Shown one piece after another: positions 38,781-51,990 of a stretch of DNA of 64,000 bases (position 1 is its first letter; each line of letters starts with the position of its first letter). Made by a program: the position numbers and the translations under genes. Source of the DNA: Lepidodermella squamata. Lineage: Eukaryota; Animalia; Gastrotricha. The stretch covers positions 3,472,001 to 3,536,000 of the forward strand of contig JBLDXI010000019.1 of assembly GCA_047495785.1 (NCBI GenBank), written 5' to 3'. The notes under the pieces were generated by a model. That model did no database searches, was not told the DNA's origin, and saw only the letters and a list, made by a program, of their open reading frames with translations.

Positions 38781-38994
38781 CTAGCCATCACAGCACGCTA
38801 AGTTTCGCTTCGCAAAATTCCTGTAGTAGCAAAAAATTAAAAATGATGTAGGTAGGGTTTCCAAAATTATTCCGATTTTTTTTAATGGTGAAATTGAACC
38901 GTGGGTAATCGTAATCAGAACAGGCGTGATATCCACAACTCTGGCATGATATCCAAATTATCAAAGTTAGGTAAACTTTTATGAATCCTTTCAT
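38781..38994 (-). CDS. Candidate small secreted Cys-containing peptide precursor (2 exons)
   Basis: Exons 38994-38900 and 38820-38781 give MKGFIKVYLTLIIWISCQSCGYHACSDYDYPRNFAKRNLACCDG*. The donor GTTCAA is weak; the acceptor TTTTTGCTACTACAG is good. Confidence 0.3.
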
Positions 38995-39507
38995 ATTATT
39001 TCTCTTTAACGTAGTTCTAAGCAACCGATACAACCTTGTGTATAAACGACATCTGTTTGTAACGGCTATTTCGCAACAAGCCAAGGCGTCCCGTTAAGTT
39101 TAAACCGTCAACGCGTTTGGGAAAGAGACAGCGTAAAAGCCACTATATTGATACGCGTCTGAGTATAGCTAATTTGATGGCTTTTGTGTTTAAATTTCAC
39201 GGAATATTCGAATAGTAGTAAACAGCGTGCAGATATTAACCTTTCTCGGATGCCGATGGATTGTTTAATTGAATGCTGTTTATCATCCTGTGTATCTCCC
39301 GTCGCATAGCTGCACACACGCGCATCGTCTTTCAAGACTTCACAATACCTGGTGCAATCATAAATTAATCAACGAGGCCGCCTTTTGTCGATATGGTTCG
39401 CCTTCCTATTCGCTCAATAAAGCTAGACCTTGCCAATTTCCCCCGGGCGGTTCGACCTTTGCCGTCGAAACATCTTTGCGAACTTAATTCAGCTACGAGT
39501 TTTGGAA

Positions 39508-40238
39508 ATGACCCGATTTTTACATATTTCTTGTTCATGATTGCACTTAATGTCGAGCTAAGCTCAGCTCTATCATGCCTGATGTGCACCGCGGCATCGG
39601 GTATATGCGCGGAAAAGGATGCTGCTAAGGTGACTTGCTCTGTTGGTGGCAAGGATGTCGTCTGTATAGTAAGTTTAGTGTCGCAGGTGAACAAGAAGAA
39701 AAATTCCATCTCTCTTGCAGGCCGCAAAGGCTCCCGATAAAAATGGAATGAAAGCTGCCATGGACCAGGCTATCGCGAAAGCTAAATCAATAGGTGACGG
39801 ATTGAAGAACACCACGTGTTCAACATTTCTGCAGCAAATGAGTGATTCGATGCAGAAAATGGACGCTCCGGTAACAGGCACCGGTAACTCCTATGCATGC
39901 GGCATGAAGTTATCGTGTGTTGTTTGTAGCAGCGTGCTTAATGCCACATCGCCGTATTGCCCTATGTCGTCCTATGCTGATGCGATGAAATATCTCACAG
40001 ATTACGAATCAAGCGTAAGTTTAAAAGGCTATTCATTTAAATTCCGTGTCACGTTTATTGAAGCTTAGTCCAATGACTCTCTATTTATTTCGTAACACAA
40101 TTTCTGTTTTTTTTCTGTTCGTAGACGTCGCCGAAGTGCTGCACAACAGACAACTGTAATACGATGAGCTCGGCAATCACTTTCTCCGCCAGTTTCTTCA
40201 TTTTATTGGCCGAATTTTGTTGGGTGATGTGCTATTGA
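39508..40238 (+). CDS. Ly6/uPAR paralog 3 (inverted duplicate of 21833-22548); 1-nt deletion just after the first ATG
   Basis: Near-identical protein ..SALSCLMC..|AAKAPDKNG..|TSPKCCTTDNCN..MCY*. The T-run after ATG 39508 has 5 T versus 6 in the paralog, shifting the frame. Could be a pseudogene, use of a downstream ATG, or an assembly error. Confidence 0.8.
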
Positions 40239-41588
40239 GGCTCATGGCTACCATGTCATCTAATTGTACTCAACAAATGTGGGGCCTTTTTCGAGCAATA
40301 TTTTTTATTATTAAAAGGCTATTTGGTCCATTTAAAATGAAAGCCATTCATCCCCAATAATTCAACAATAATTAGCTTATCACTATCCAGTATCATTAAA
40401 ATCCTGCTTTCCGTTTACGAACGCTAACTTTAAATTAAAGAACTGTCTACGAAATTATTCTAATAAAGTCAAACCTATCTTTCCTTACGAAAAACGAAGC
40501 GAACGAACGAAATGTTTTTTATTTATACTCATTTGACATTGAAATTTTATTTAAAGGCAAAAGCACTTGTACAGCTAAATGGCAGATTTTTATTTTTTTA
40601 TCAGTTGAGCTAAGTGACTGCGCTGAAGTCACTTTCGTCTTCGGTTCAATTTCAAGTTTTCAGCCATAAATAAAGCTTAGTTCTATTAGCTTTCTCCAAT
40701 TTATGATTTGATTTTGAGGGTTATTTGAAAAAACCAAAAGGTGAAGCTCATGAAAAAGAACGGTTAAAAGCCACACAGCATATCCTTTTGTTGGTGCCAG
40801 AGTCGATCGAGTTCCGTAAAGGTCGGCAGAACTGTATTTCCTCTCAACCTGCAATTTTAGTATTATTTTATTCCGGGGCAGTCTTGATCAGAACTCGAAT
40901 CTAAATCCGTGAACAGTTTTTGGTAACCGTGTATTGGGACGCTGGGCAATGCGATGCGATCGTACCGGACACGGGATAGCCCGCATGTATCCCTCAACGC
41001 GAAGCCATAAAATTCACCCCAAGCGCTTTTGTAGCAGAGCAATAATTCCGTTGTAGGTAGCCTTCAGTTTTTGAGGCTTAAATACATTCAAGGAAAAACA
41101 ATGCTCATTTTCCTAAAAAGCAAAGCTTCCTACTTTCTATAGAAGAATTCAGTGTAGGCGGTCGTCCATATATAAGGCCCCGAGTAACGCATGGCATTCA
41201 GCTCATTCAATTATCCCCAGGCGCGGCTCAGAAATGTATCGTGCCAATGCAATACAGGTGTATAGAATGTTGCAAAGGGACATATTGAATGATCTGAGCA
41301 TAGACAGTTTTATTGTTTAACGTTCCTCTAGCATTAACGTGCTCTCGAAAAGCATTGGTGGAGATTGAAGAATTGGGATTTCGGGAACGCATTTCTCACA
41401 GCCATATTAACCATTTACTGCTGAATTGATCTGAATTTATCTGACAAGTGGTGTGATATAAGTTCTATATCAGGTGCTATTAAGATTGAATTTTCAGATT
41501 TTCAGTTGCAAAGTTTACTATCAGTTAGAAGCTTTTCACACAACATAAAAAATCTGGCGGTACAAAAGAGATATTTCCCTGTAAAAAT

Positions 41589-42913
41589 TCATTCTAGCAT
41601 CTTGCGACCATAATGTAATACGACCATCAAAACAATGAGTGAAGCACTCGCAGCTACCAGTGCATCGATGATTCTCAAGATTCTCACGCCTTTCGAATTT
41701 TTCCCTTTCCACAGACGAAATTTACCGAATTTCTGCTCGCTGAGAGTAAGAGTAACAATGGCGTAGATAGTGATTAGGACGCAGATAACGTTAGAGCTTA
41801 TTAAGATATTGATCAGGTAAACTTCATCGGCGGTCCGTGGGATAAGCGAGTCAACCAGTGCTAGGAGGACTGAAGTCGCCAGGTTGACGGTCATGCAGAA
41901 GTTAGGCCGATCTGGATGTCGCGGGTCCATGAGCAACGCTGAAATTTGCAAGATGAATAGGGTCGAAGACGGGACAAAAACATTGCCAACGTAGTACTCA
42001 TGCTTTCTCTTCAATACCAAGTTGATTGTGACATGTTGATAGGTCTTCTCATTTGATAGCGATCCGTTAAAGTCGACAAACTCCCAAATTTCGTTGTTGC
42101 GGAGAGGGGGGTAATTCACAAAATTGGTCATCAACTCAATTTTCAAGTCTACTTCATTCGCAAGATTCTCATTCTCAAACTCAAATGTGCAAGTTGATGT
42201 GTCGAAGGGGAATTTTGTATACTTGAAAAAGAAGCAGCTAGTTGTGAACGGGCGCACTGTGTAGATCAGAAACCTTGGTTTTGGCCCAACAAATGGCCGA
42301 ACTTTGATTAATCTCTCGCTGAAAGTGCTGCGATGAGCATTCATTTTTGGCAAAGATAACCACTTACTATCTTAAAGGCCGAGATTCGCCAATGGCGTTC
42401 AAGTGCTGCATGTCAGGCCACCAAACTTGATCGATTGGAACTTCGAATTGAATTCGCGATAGGTGAGTAATGTTGAACCGTGTGAAACCAGGCCACAATT
42501 CGCTTCTGATATCACTACCGCAAGGGATTTCCCAAAAAATGCGGAGCACCAACGACGCCGTTACACTAGGAAAAAATTGTTTTTTAAGAATGGGGCTACA
42601 TGCGGTTAAATGTTCGAGATAAATGTCGAGATAAATGTTCGAGTTCTATCCCATACCTCATATCGAGATCGCTAACATCCTCAATGTAAACGAGACTTAG
42701 TTGAACGTAGCTGTTTATCGGCTGTAAGAAATTTTCTGTCTGCTGGTGATATTCAGAGGGTAAATTTCCAGCTAGCGCGATAGGGCACAGCTCGAAGAAG
42801 CGCTTTTTCATTACATCGGGCTCGTACTTTTTGCTGGACACCCGATATATGAACACAGTTGGTACAAAAGTAAAAAAGATAAGTGCTTTAAAAGTCCTCA
42901 TTAACATTAGCAA
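41589..42913 (-). CDS. Divergent pentameric (Cys-loop) ligand-gated ion channel subunit, 3 exons
   Basis: Signal-like N-terminus; VQLSLVYIEDVSD, VPIDQVWWPD, Cys-loop C-FFFKYTKFPFDTST-C, NNEIWE, LVLKRKHEYYVGNVFVP (pre-M1), DRPNFCMTVNLA..LIPRTA (M2), four TM segments. Confidence 0.88.
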
Positions 42914-44692
42914 GCTCGACGAAATTTAGGCTTTGATGTTATAGCGAAATTTGTGTCCTGTTTCCAGTCAATAGGGGGAGCTAAATCTACAATCGAAAAT
43001 TTACAGATGAACATTTGCCGGAAATTGGCTATGCTGCCAAATCTTAACCACAAAGCCTTGAATATTTGTTTCATTTTATTACATCACGTTTCCTCCTTCA
43101 TTCATTCATTCGAATCCAAAAATAAAAAATGCTATAGAGATGAAAATAGTCATTCAATATTTGATTACTAAAAATATAGAATTCACTCAGTCGCACGGAA
43201 AATCAGAAACGAAACAAAATGACGGTAAAAGAGCTCAGCACTAGCAGATTTGTTGTCCAAATTGTCCAGCGGCATTGAAACAACAGCGCATAACAGCGCG
43301 CGCCCTAAACGTTTTTCGAGGCCGTCTTTTCGACGGGCAAAGTCCAAAGCATGGAGCCATACAAGTCCACACAAATGAATGCTCACATCTATGGCTCACA
43401 GATAAAAATAAATGCATTGTAAAAATTATTGGCAACCATTTTATGCACTAGTAATAAGTAATAAGGGCCCTTTCTATACTTACGGCACGTCTCATTTAAC
43501 TCGGCTTCAGGGGTGATTCTGGTAAACTCTGATAATATTCGCTTGAGGCGCAAGCTGAGTTAACGATTCGTGTGTGAGTTTTATAAACTGGTTCTACTGC
43601 GGGTTTCAGGGTATCCAGAGTAAATTAATTCATATCTCTGTGTCTTAAAGGCAATGTTACTAATAAGAATTATGTAACGCAGACCACCAATAAATCGGTA
43701 TCTCTCTCTATACTTTCAGGTTTTACTGCTGCTTTGGTCTAGAATTGTTTGTGTTATGAAAACTGCTTTTCTGAAATATATTCTTTTAAGAATAAATATG
43801 CACTGGTTTGCCTTAACTTGGTGTCAGAACTTTGATGTTGAAAAACTTCTTGGAAATTATTAGAGAATCGCGATGGCTGTAACCATTGGTGATTGGGTAA
43901 TACCTTCGCTTGACCATTCTTAGCCGAATTCTACTAGGCTTGAGGAATGGGTTACGCATATTTCAAATGAAGTCCATTATCTGTTAGCTGACCCGGAAGA
44001 CGCGGCAAATGAGCAATTAATGATCAATCCAAGCATATAATTCTCATAAATATCATAAATTTACAAATTATTTCAGGCTATGAAATTCCTCCTTTCACCA
44101 TGGTATTGTAAAATGTTTTGGAAAATTTATAGTGAAAATAAATGCATGGGCAATGGGCAGAGAATACATGTATTATTTTTCAATAAGCATAATTCCAGCT
44201 ATATGCTTGAAAATTTAGAAAGATTTCATTCAGAAAAGTATAACGCACTAGCAATGTTAAACATACACTACAGGGACTTCATGACTAGTTTCGGGGTCGA
44301 CATAAGTCCAGCTCACACGTTAATGCTCACGCTATTCCATTTAAAGAGAGAGCTTGTGTGTGCTCTTTAATGGCAAGCGAGTTTTGTTTGGCGCCGTTTT
44401 CACTGAATAAACCTTTTCTTTCTTATATAATAAATGTTGGGTTTTTTGAATTTTCTTTAATCGATAGAGTCTGCTCACACTCGAAGACATCAACACTCTT
44501 CACCGCTTATTTGGAGGGATTCGATTCTTTCCAATACTATGTGATGTTTTCAATCATCTTATCAGCGTTTTTGCAACGTCGCATCAAAGCGTCTCAAATT
44601 GTTTCAAATTGGTGTTAACCATCATGTTTGCAGAGCCGATCCTGGTTTATAAATCTTGTTTAACATTTTAGAGACTTATTGCACGTAGAAAA

Positions 44693-46225
44693 ATGATAAC
44701 AGCAGCTTTTTTCGCATTGGTTTTCGCAGTTCTCCTTATCCTCGGATGGAGAAAAGTCCTATCAGATCTGTTATGGAAACTCCCACCCGGTCCTTTGCCT
44801 CTTCCTTACATCGGCAGCTTATACCAGATGGCAATTCACGGAAAAAAGGCGAAGCTATGGCAGATAATGACGAAAATATCTGAGAAATACGGGCCTGTAT
44901 TTACGTTTTACTTCGGGCCAGTTCGTATGATAGTTCTTAATGATTCTGAAACAATTCATCAAGTTCTTATCGCTCAAGCCCGAACATTCCAACACCGCTT
45001 CGAATCTATGATTCCTGGCTTTAAAGCCATACCCTCTGGTGTCGTATTTGCTAACAACGAAAAATGGCGGAAAAATCGAAGATTTGGCCTGAAAGCCATG
45101 CGAGATTTCGGCATGGGAAAAGAAGCGATGGTGGCGAAAATTCAGGAAGAAACGCGGCATCTCCTATCAGATTTCGAGGCAATTTCGAAGTCGGGAGATG
45201 AGATCAATCCTACCCCGCTGATAACTAACTCTGTCTTTAATGTTATGAACTCCTTGGTTCTCGGGAAACGTTTCAATCGTGACGATGGAATGTTCATAAA
45301 GCTCACTAATCTTATCGAGCAGATTACAAGTCAAAATCCTGCTGAGCAAGGGGCTTTCCTCCTCATTCCTTACTTGGAAAATATATTCCTTCCAACTCAA
45401 ATCAAATACGCCCTTCAATTTGACGATAAAATCAAGTCGCTCCTCAAAAATGCCATCGAAGAACATCGCGAAGGCTACGATCCAGAAAATATCCGGGATT
45501 TCCCAGATTTATTCATCCAGGCGCAACATCAAGGCGATCCTTATTCGATTGATGAGTTCTCCAACATCATGTCGGACCTGTTCGGCGCTGGAACCGACAC
45601 TACGTCGACAGCTCTAAGCTTCTCGCTTTTCTACTTGACGAAACATCCTGAAGTTCAGCGTAAGTCCCAAGCCGCAATCGATGAAGCCATCGAGTCGGAC
45701 AGACTTCCGACTCTCACCGATCGTCAGCAATTGGTCTACATAGATGCGGTGATGTGCGAAGTTCTGCGCCATTCTTCACTAGTTCCTTTGGCGTTATCTC
45801 GCACAAATCTTCAAGAAAAAGCTTCAGTTACAGGTTAGTATCAGAAGGCATCAATAATTGAGCTTAAAATCTAATACTATTTTACAGGGTTTGACATCCC
45901 GCCTTATACTATGATTGTATTCAATCAAGCTGCTCTTAACTGGGATCGATCTTACTGGGGCAATCCAGAGGAATTTTCACCGCAGCGCTTTATCGATAAA
46001 GATGGCAAGCTGCTGGCGCATTCAAGCCATTTCTTCCCGTTCGGTCTTGGTACCCGCATCTGCCTTGGTGAAAGTCTCGCTAAAGTTGAGTACTTTATCA
46101 TGCTAACGGCTATCTTGCAGCGATATACACTCGAGCTTGTTACTAAAGAAGTCGAAGCGAGTGATTGCCATGACGGCGCCATACTGAAGGCCCCAAATTA
46201 CACATTGAGAGTCAAAAGCCGATGA
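44693..46225 (+). CDS. Cytochrome P450, clan 2-like (exons 44693-45833, 45888-46225)
   Basis: PPGPLPLP, WRKNRRF, AGTDTT, EVLR, FSPQRF, PFGLGTRICLGESLA. Confidence 0.95.
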
Positions 46226-46652
46226 GACCAGTACTTAGCAATTGGTATAATGGAGAAAGTTAGCTAGCGTGGACTTTCTTGTTTTGATTAGAAGTGACTT
46301 GAATAAAATGACACCCTCTGATTATCTAAGAATCTGCTAATGATCTAATACTGCCATTGATCCGAAAAAATGACTTTTTGACAGACGCAGGATTTGAACC
46401 CAAATATCGGATCTCGCAGTTCATTTTTGACAGTTATAGTGATAAGTGGCTTCTTAGGGAATGCATCAAATTCGACGAATGTCTGAAGGGAATAGATACT
46501 ACGAAAAAGTTCTTTATTAGAAAATGTAGAATCTATGGCAACAGATAGTTCAAAGCGATAAATATTAGTCCTAATTCACTGACAAATAATTATTACAATA
46601 AATAAAATGCTGAATAAATCATATTCCGAGTCCAATTCACGAATTCACGTCC

Positions 46653-48187
46653 TCACCGGCAATGAACCTTAACTTGGAAAGGAGGTGGTTTAACAACTCC
46701 GCCATCTGCGCTATCGTCGTAGTTGAACTCAGGATGGACAAGCTCGAAAGAAAAGCGGTGAAGAATCGCAACGATAAAAATGAAGAACTCTGCCCGAGCT
46801 AGTGTCTCGCCGAGGCAGATGCGTGGCCCTGTGCCAAATGGCATGAAATGACCAGAGTGGCTAACCAATTTCCCCTCCGGGCTGATCCAACGTTCAGGCG
46901 AAAAGACTTCAGGATTGCCCCAGTATTTTTTGTCGTGATGCAAAGCTCCGATGTTGTACATGACAAGCGTATTCGGCGGAATGTCGTAGCCTAATTTCGC
47001 AACAAAATAAGCTAACCAAAACTTCAAGATCGCAAATATTCTTTACCTCCAACTTGTGTATGCTCGTCCAAATTAGAATGGAACAGAGATGTTGGAACCA
47101 GGGCGCAATGTCTTAGAACTTCATGCAGCAATGCATCGATATAGACAAGATTAGGTCTATCGGCTTGATCTGGCAGCCGATCAGATTCGATTACTGCATC
47201 GATCGCCTCGTGACATTTAGCTTGAACTTCGGGGTGTTTGGTCAAGTAGAAAAGAGTGAATGCTAACGTGTTGGAAGTCGTATCCGTTCCAGCCAGAAAC
47301 ATGTCCAGCATAATTGCCGCGAAATCGGGCATACTGAAGGCATCGCCGCTTTCTTCAGCCTGGATGAACAAATCCGGGAAGTCTCGAATGTTCTCCGGAT
47401 CAAAATCGTTTCGATGCTCTTTCACTGCCTTCGTCAATCGTTCTTCGAGCAGTTCGAGGAAAGCATATTCAGCCTTTATCAGAGCCGGCTCAGCAACGTA
47501 TTGAAGCCCTGGGATGATCAAGAAAGCAGTTTGCTCTGCCGTGGTAGTACCTGTTAAAACGTGGCCGAGGTGGAGAATTTTGTGAAATACTGGGTCATCA
47601 GGCTCAAATCTCTTTCCCATAACCAAAGCGCATATAACGTTGAGTACCGCGTTCGTAACAATCAAAGCCGGGTTGAAAGGCTCATTTTTCTTAGCGAGCC
47701 CTTCGAAATGAGACAGAAGATACCGAGCTTCCTCCTGGATGCTTCCGACCATAGCCTCGCGGCCCATTCCGAAGTCACGCATAGCCTTCAGGCCGAAACG
47801 TCGATGTTTTCGCCAGCGCTCGTGGTTGGCAAAGGCTATCCCTTCGTGAATATTCTTGAGCCCTGGAACACGTTTCTCGAATCGGCCGCTAAATATTTTG
47901 CCTTGTTCAACTAGAGCTTCCTGGATAGATTTTGAATCGCCAAATGCAATCATGCGAATCGAGCCGAAGTAGAAAGTCATGATAGGCCCATGGGTTTCGG
48001 CCAATCGAGACATTGTTTTCCAGAACTTGACGCGTTTCGGCCCACCCTTGGCGATTTCATGAAGATTTCCGACAAACGGCAGAGGGATAGGACCTGGTGG
48101 TATACGAAATCTGCGGTCTGTAAGAAATAACTTCCAGCCATACAGAATTGCTAATACTGATAAGGTTACAGCAATTTCTAGCAACAT
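46653..48187 (-). CDS. Cytochrome P450, clan 2-like paralog (exons 48187-47047, 46990-46653)
   Basis: PPGPIPLP, WRKHRRF, AGTDTT, EVLR, FSPERW, PFGTGPRICLGETLA. Same intron position as its neighbour. Confidence 0.95.
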
Positions 48188-48759
48188 TTCAGAATTTGAG
48201 AGAGAATGTAAATGACTGCCCTTGATGTATAGCTTGCCGGTCTTTTATAGACTCGCGCGGCCGCAAACGGATTTCAAATTCTGTCAGCTGTCGCGCTTAA
48301 CAGGTTATCCATTTCTTTGATTGAAAAAATACACATACAACTGTATGTACACGTTAATTTATGAATTGACATGCATTGAGTTTTCGTGTTGTGAGGTTTT
48401 CAGTCAAGGCCAAATACTGGATGAAGGAAAACAGATTTTTCAGACATAGAAGTATTCTCGTGCTCCTCGTGCGCTCGTACGCTGCTCTGAGAAGAGTTCC
48501 AGTTTGCAGCACCCCAAATTTGAAAAATAGAACGCTGTTAATAAACACATAGGGGCAATTGATCGCACATTTTTTACTGTAACGTATGTTATCATATTGT
48601 GGTTTATTTAAATAATTTTTACCAAGGTAACGGAAATCATCGTAACTATTACACCGTTGAATTTACACACAATTCATACACGATTTAGTACCCGATATAT
48701 TGTGTTTTTTATTATGTGGGATCTATGTGGGAACTTATGATACATATTTTGGAGTTGGT

Positions 48760-48907
48760 GGTAGATGTGCACCGAATTATGTGCAAAACTAACTTGAGCA
48801 AAGGTTGAGATGTGCAAACTGATTTGCGCAAGCAGATGTGCAAATTCGACTTATGCAAAGACGTTAGTTGCGCGAAGACAAGTTGTGCAACGAAAAGATG
48901 CGCAACC
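48760..48907. repeat. Degenerate short tandem repeats (ATGTGCAAA/TTGCGCAA), probable DNA-transposon subterminal remnant
   Basis: About 10 imperfect TGTGCAA/TGCGCAA units. Confidence 0.45.
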
Positions 48908-49899
48908 CGAGTCGCCCTGATGTTAGCAATTTTCCGCGTTATTATTAGATTAACGAAATATAATATATAGGTGTGGACACCATGATGCCGCCAAAGCTTT
49001 GGTCTCGCTTTTCATCATCAACAACCTCTCATTAATTTTATCATTCTCACTTTCTAATTCATATTAACCAGATAAAATGCCGGCAGCTGCTACACGTGCA
49101 AGCGCAAAAAGCAAGGTGAATAAGGGCGATGAAACACAGCAGGCGCCTATCTCCACAGCTAATACTGTTAAGGGATGTCGTTAAAGAAGTGGGTAGGCCC
49201 CCAAAAGTACCGGCCAGGGCCAGACTTTCCAGTAGGCAAACAAGGCAACTGCTTTAGAGCCCCGCGATTTTCGCCCACATTTTCTGTCTGTCGTGGGAAA
49301 ATTCCATTTGATTCCAACATAATTACAAAGGTAAAAACAGGTCGGGTTGACCAGCCGGTAAGTTGACCGGTTGCTGGTTGGGTATGGATCGGCTAAATTC
49401 TGGCCGGTTCACCGGTATAAACTGTGGAAAATCAGGAATCTCAGCAGAAAATGACCTGACATGAGAGATTCCCGTGAAGTTCTTCAAAATTAAACTTTTC
49501 CTAAACAATTCCAATCAATTTGATTGCACCTTAATCTCAGAATAATGTTTGACAAGACTAAAAAAGTTGGGAATTTTTTCTATTTTTTCTTTTGGATATG
49601 AGCGACAATCGTATGAAGTAATTTTTGAAAATGAGCATTAATATGCTTGTTTTTGTTCAGATGAATTAATCTTGAAACCGGCTAACCGGTAAAATCGGTA
49701 CACCGGCTGCCTGCTTTAGGTGGGTGATATGCCCGACCTGTTTCCACCTGTGTGAAACAAGTTTGAAGAATAATAGAAGACAACAGGTGGCGCTCCTCGT
49801 CATATTAAGCTGGAATTTAAGGTGGCTGTCCAGTAACTCATTGCTTCTAAATACATTTTTAAAAACATTTAATACTCGTCATTAATAAATTTTTAACAA

Positions 49900-51780
49900 A
49901 TGCCCGGTCGTGGTCGCCCGAAGGGATCGAAGAATAAGCCGAAGGCGGCGATAGTGGATGGAGTTCAGGCTTCTACAACACCCAGAGGCGAGCTCAACCT
50001 GTAGCCATAAATCACCCTGAGTCGTCTAAGCCCAAGGTTTTGAAACGATCGCGAAAGAAGGTCGGTGATAGCCCAGCAGTTGCTGTGCAATTAGAGGCGG
50101 CCGTTGCTAGCGAGGCTAATAATGCCGAAGATGCGAGCTATTTACAACCGCAATCGCCCCTGGCGCTGTCCACGTCACCCAGCGTGGTCGATGAGTCATT
50201 CATACGGGATTTGTTACCCAGTCCGCCCTGCCCCGGTGCCGTAAGAGTATCAACTCCTATTAATCCTCCAGATGAAAATGCGGCGCTAATCGATCTCGAT
50301 TATCCGCCGCCGCTCGATTTTAGAGACGAACAGCCATCATCACACCCTTCGGATGAAAACGCCGGCAATGAGGAGTCTCAGCCACCAACTGGTGTTACAG
50401 CCGAAATTCCTTCAACATCATCGCTGTCGTCGTCGTCTACAACCAAGCGACGAATTCAGCGCACTGTTGTCAAACAAGGCCAAAAGCTATTTGTTTCTGC
50501 CTTAGCCGAGCTAGCTATGGCTCCGGGCCGAGTAATTGTTGATTTCGACACGCCAACCTTTATACCTAGCAACAAAGGCGCCGATCACCTTGTCTATAGA
50601 GGCTATGAATATCGAATAAGTGGGGTTCCTCTTATTTGATACTAAAGACGAGGAGCGGATTCTTTGTTTCGGCACTCAGCGCAATCTAGAGCTACTCAAA
50701 TTGAGCAAAAAGATGTCGTGCGACGGCACGTTCTGGATTTCGCCGACGTTGTTCTCGCAGGTCTATACAATGCACGCGATAATGGACGACACGATTTTCC
50801 CGGTCGCATACGCGCTATTGCCACGCAAAGATGGGCCGATATACAAAAGCTGTTTGACAACATCCGCGCCAAATTACCAGATCTATTTCTGGAGTATGTC
50901 ATCGTTGACTTCGAACAGGCGGCGATTTCAGAGTTGGCGGCAATTTGGCCTAATGCTATGATTTTAGCCTGCTTCTTCCACCTTTGTCAGGTAATAAAAC
51001 TTCTTATAATAAAAGCTTTTATGACTGTTATATTTTTTTAGGCTGTTTTTCGCCGAGTCTGTGCCTATGGGTTGCAGGGTCTTTACTCGAGTGACCCGAT
51101 TGTGAAACGATGGTGCAAGTATTTGCCTGCGCTCGCCTTCCTGCCTATCGATCAGGTTGCCGGCGCCTGATGAACTTTGGACTCCCTGGTCGGTGATATC
51201 GCCAAAGCGCATAACGCACCCGGTCTTTTATGGCTTTACCAGTATTTTGAAGAGGTGTATATCGGAGTGTATCGCCACGAGGTAATCGTCGTCAACCCGC
51301 GCTTCGACCCGGCACTATGGACTTGTTATCTCCGCGCTTGTTTGTGCCTTCCTCTAACGGACAATGAAGCCGAGGTTTGGCATAAAGCATTCCAAGACTT
51401 CTGTGACAAGCCTCATCTTTCGCCATACGAAATCATCGACCTTTTCAAGCGCAAAAAAGATTTATGCGAATCGCGTTTGTTTCAACGTTCAAGCGGCCAG
51501 CCGTTCCAGCGGCCAGCCGTTCAAGCGGAGCTACCCTCAGGAGGTAATTTTGTTGCGTAATAAAGCGTGTTGTTTTGTATAGCGTATGCCCTCAGCTGTT
51601 TAGTTGCGTATGCTGTTTTGGGTTTTCGCTGTTTTGTCGCGTTCCACGTATAAATAATACTTCTTAACGCTGTTACGTCGCGTTTAGCCCTAATCGCTGT
51701 TCCGTCGCAAGTGGTAATTTCGCTGTTTCTTCGCGTTCGCTGTTTCGTGACTACGCTGTTTTGACAGTCTGCCGATGCAA
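49900..51780 (+). mobile_element. Degenerate MULE transposon (AT-hook, truncated FLYWCH-like, MULE DDE domain)
   Basis: MPGRGRPKGSKNKP; SNKGADHLVYRGYEYR; SCDGTF..QVYTMHA..PVAYALLPRK; IVDFEQAAI..CFFHLCQ; TDNEAEVWH. Several frameshifts and stops; GCTGTTT subterminal repeats at 51570-51770. Confidence 0.85.
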
Positions 51781-51874
51781 CATACATGTATATCAGATTT
51801 AAAATCAAATTTGAACTGAAAATGACAGGCATCGATTCCCACGCATTATCCCTAGACCTTCATGTTTTAAAATC

Positions 51875-51990
51875 TGTGTTCACGAAAAGACTGCTCATAT
51901 TATCTTACGAGGAACGTCTGCAGAAATGGGGCTTAACGGCGCTTGAGGTTCGCCGCTTCTAACATGAACTCATTCGAACGCAAAAAATGC
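51875..51990 (+). mobile_element. CR1-like LINE 3' ORF2 fragment
   Basis: Translates as FTKRLLILSYEERLQKWGLTALEVRRF*HELI, resembling the CR1 SYEERL..L..LE.RR motif. Confidence 0.55.

Noticed and set aside
46376-46405. tRNA B-box-like GGTTCAAATCC on the minus strand (similar at ~56585-56606)
   Set aside because: No cloverleaf or A-box seen; at most SINE remnants.
49214-49745. Possible hAT MITE ends (CAGGGCCAGA..; ACAGGTCGGG/CCCGACCTGT)
   Set aside because: Only ~10-bp inverted matches and no TSD; too weak to call.
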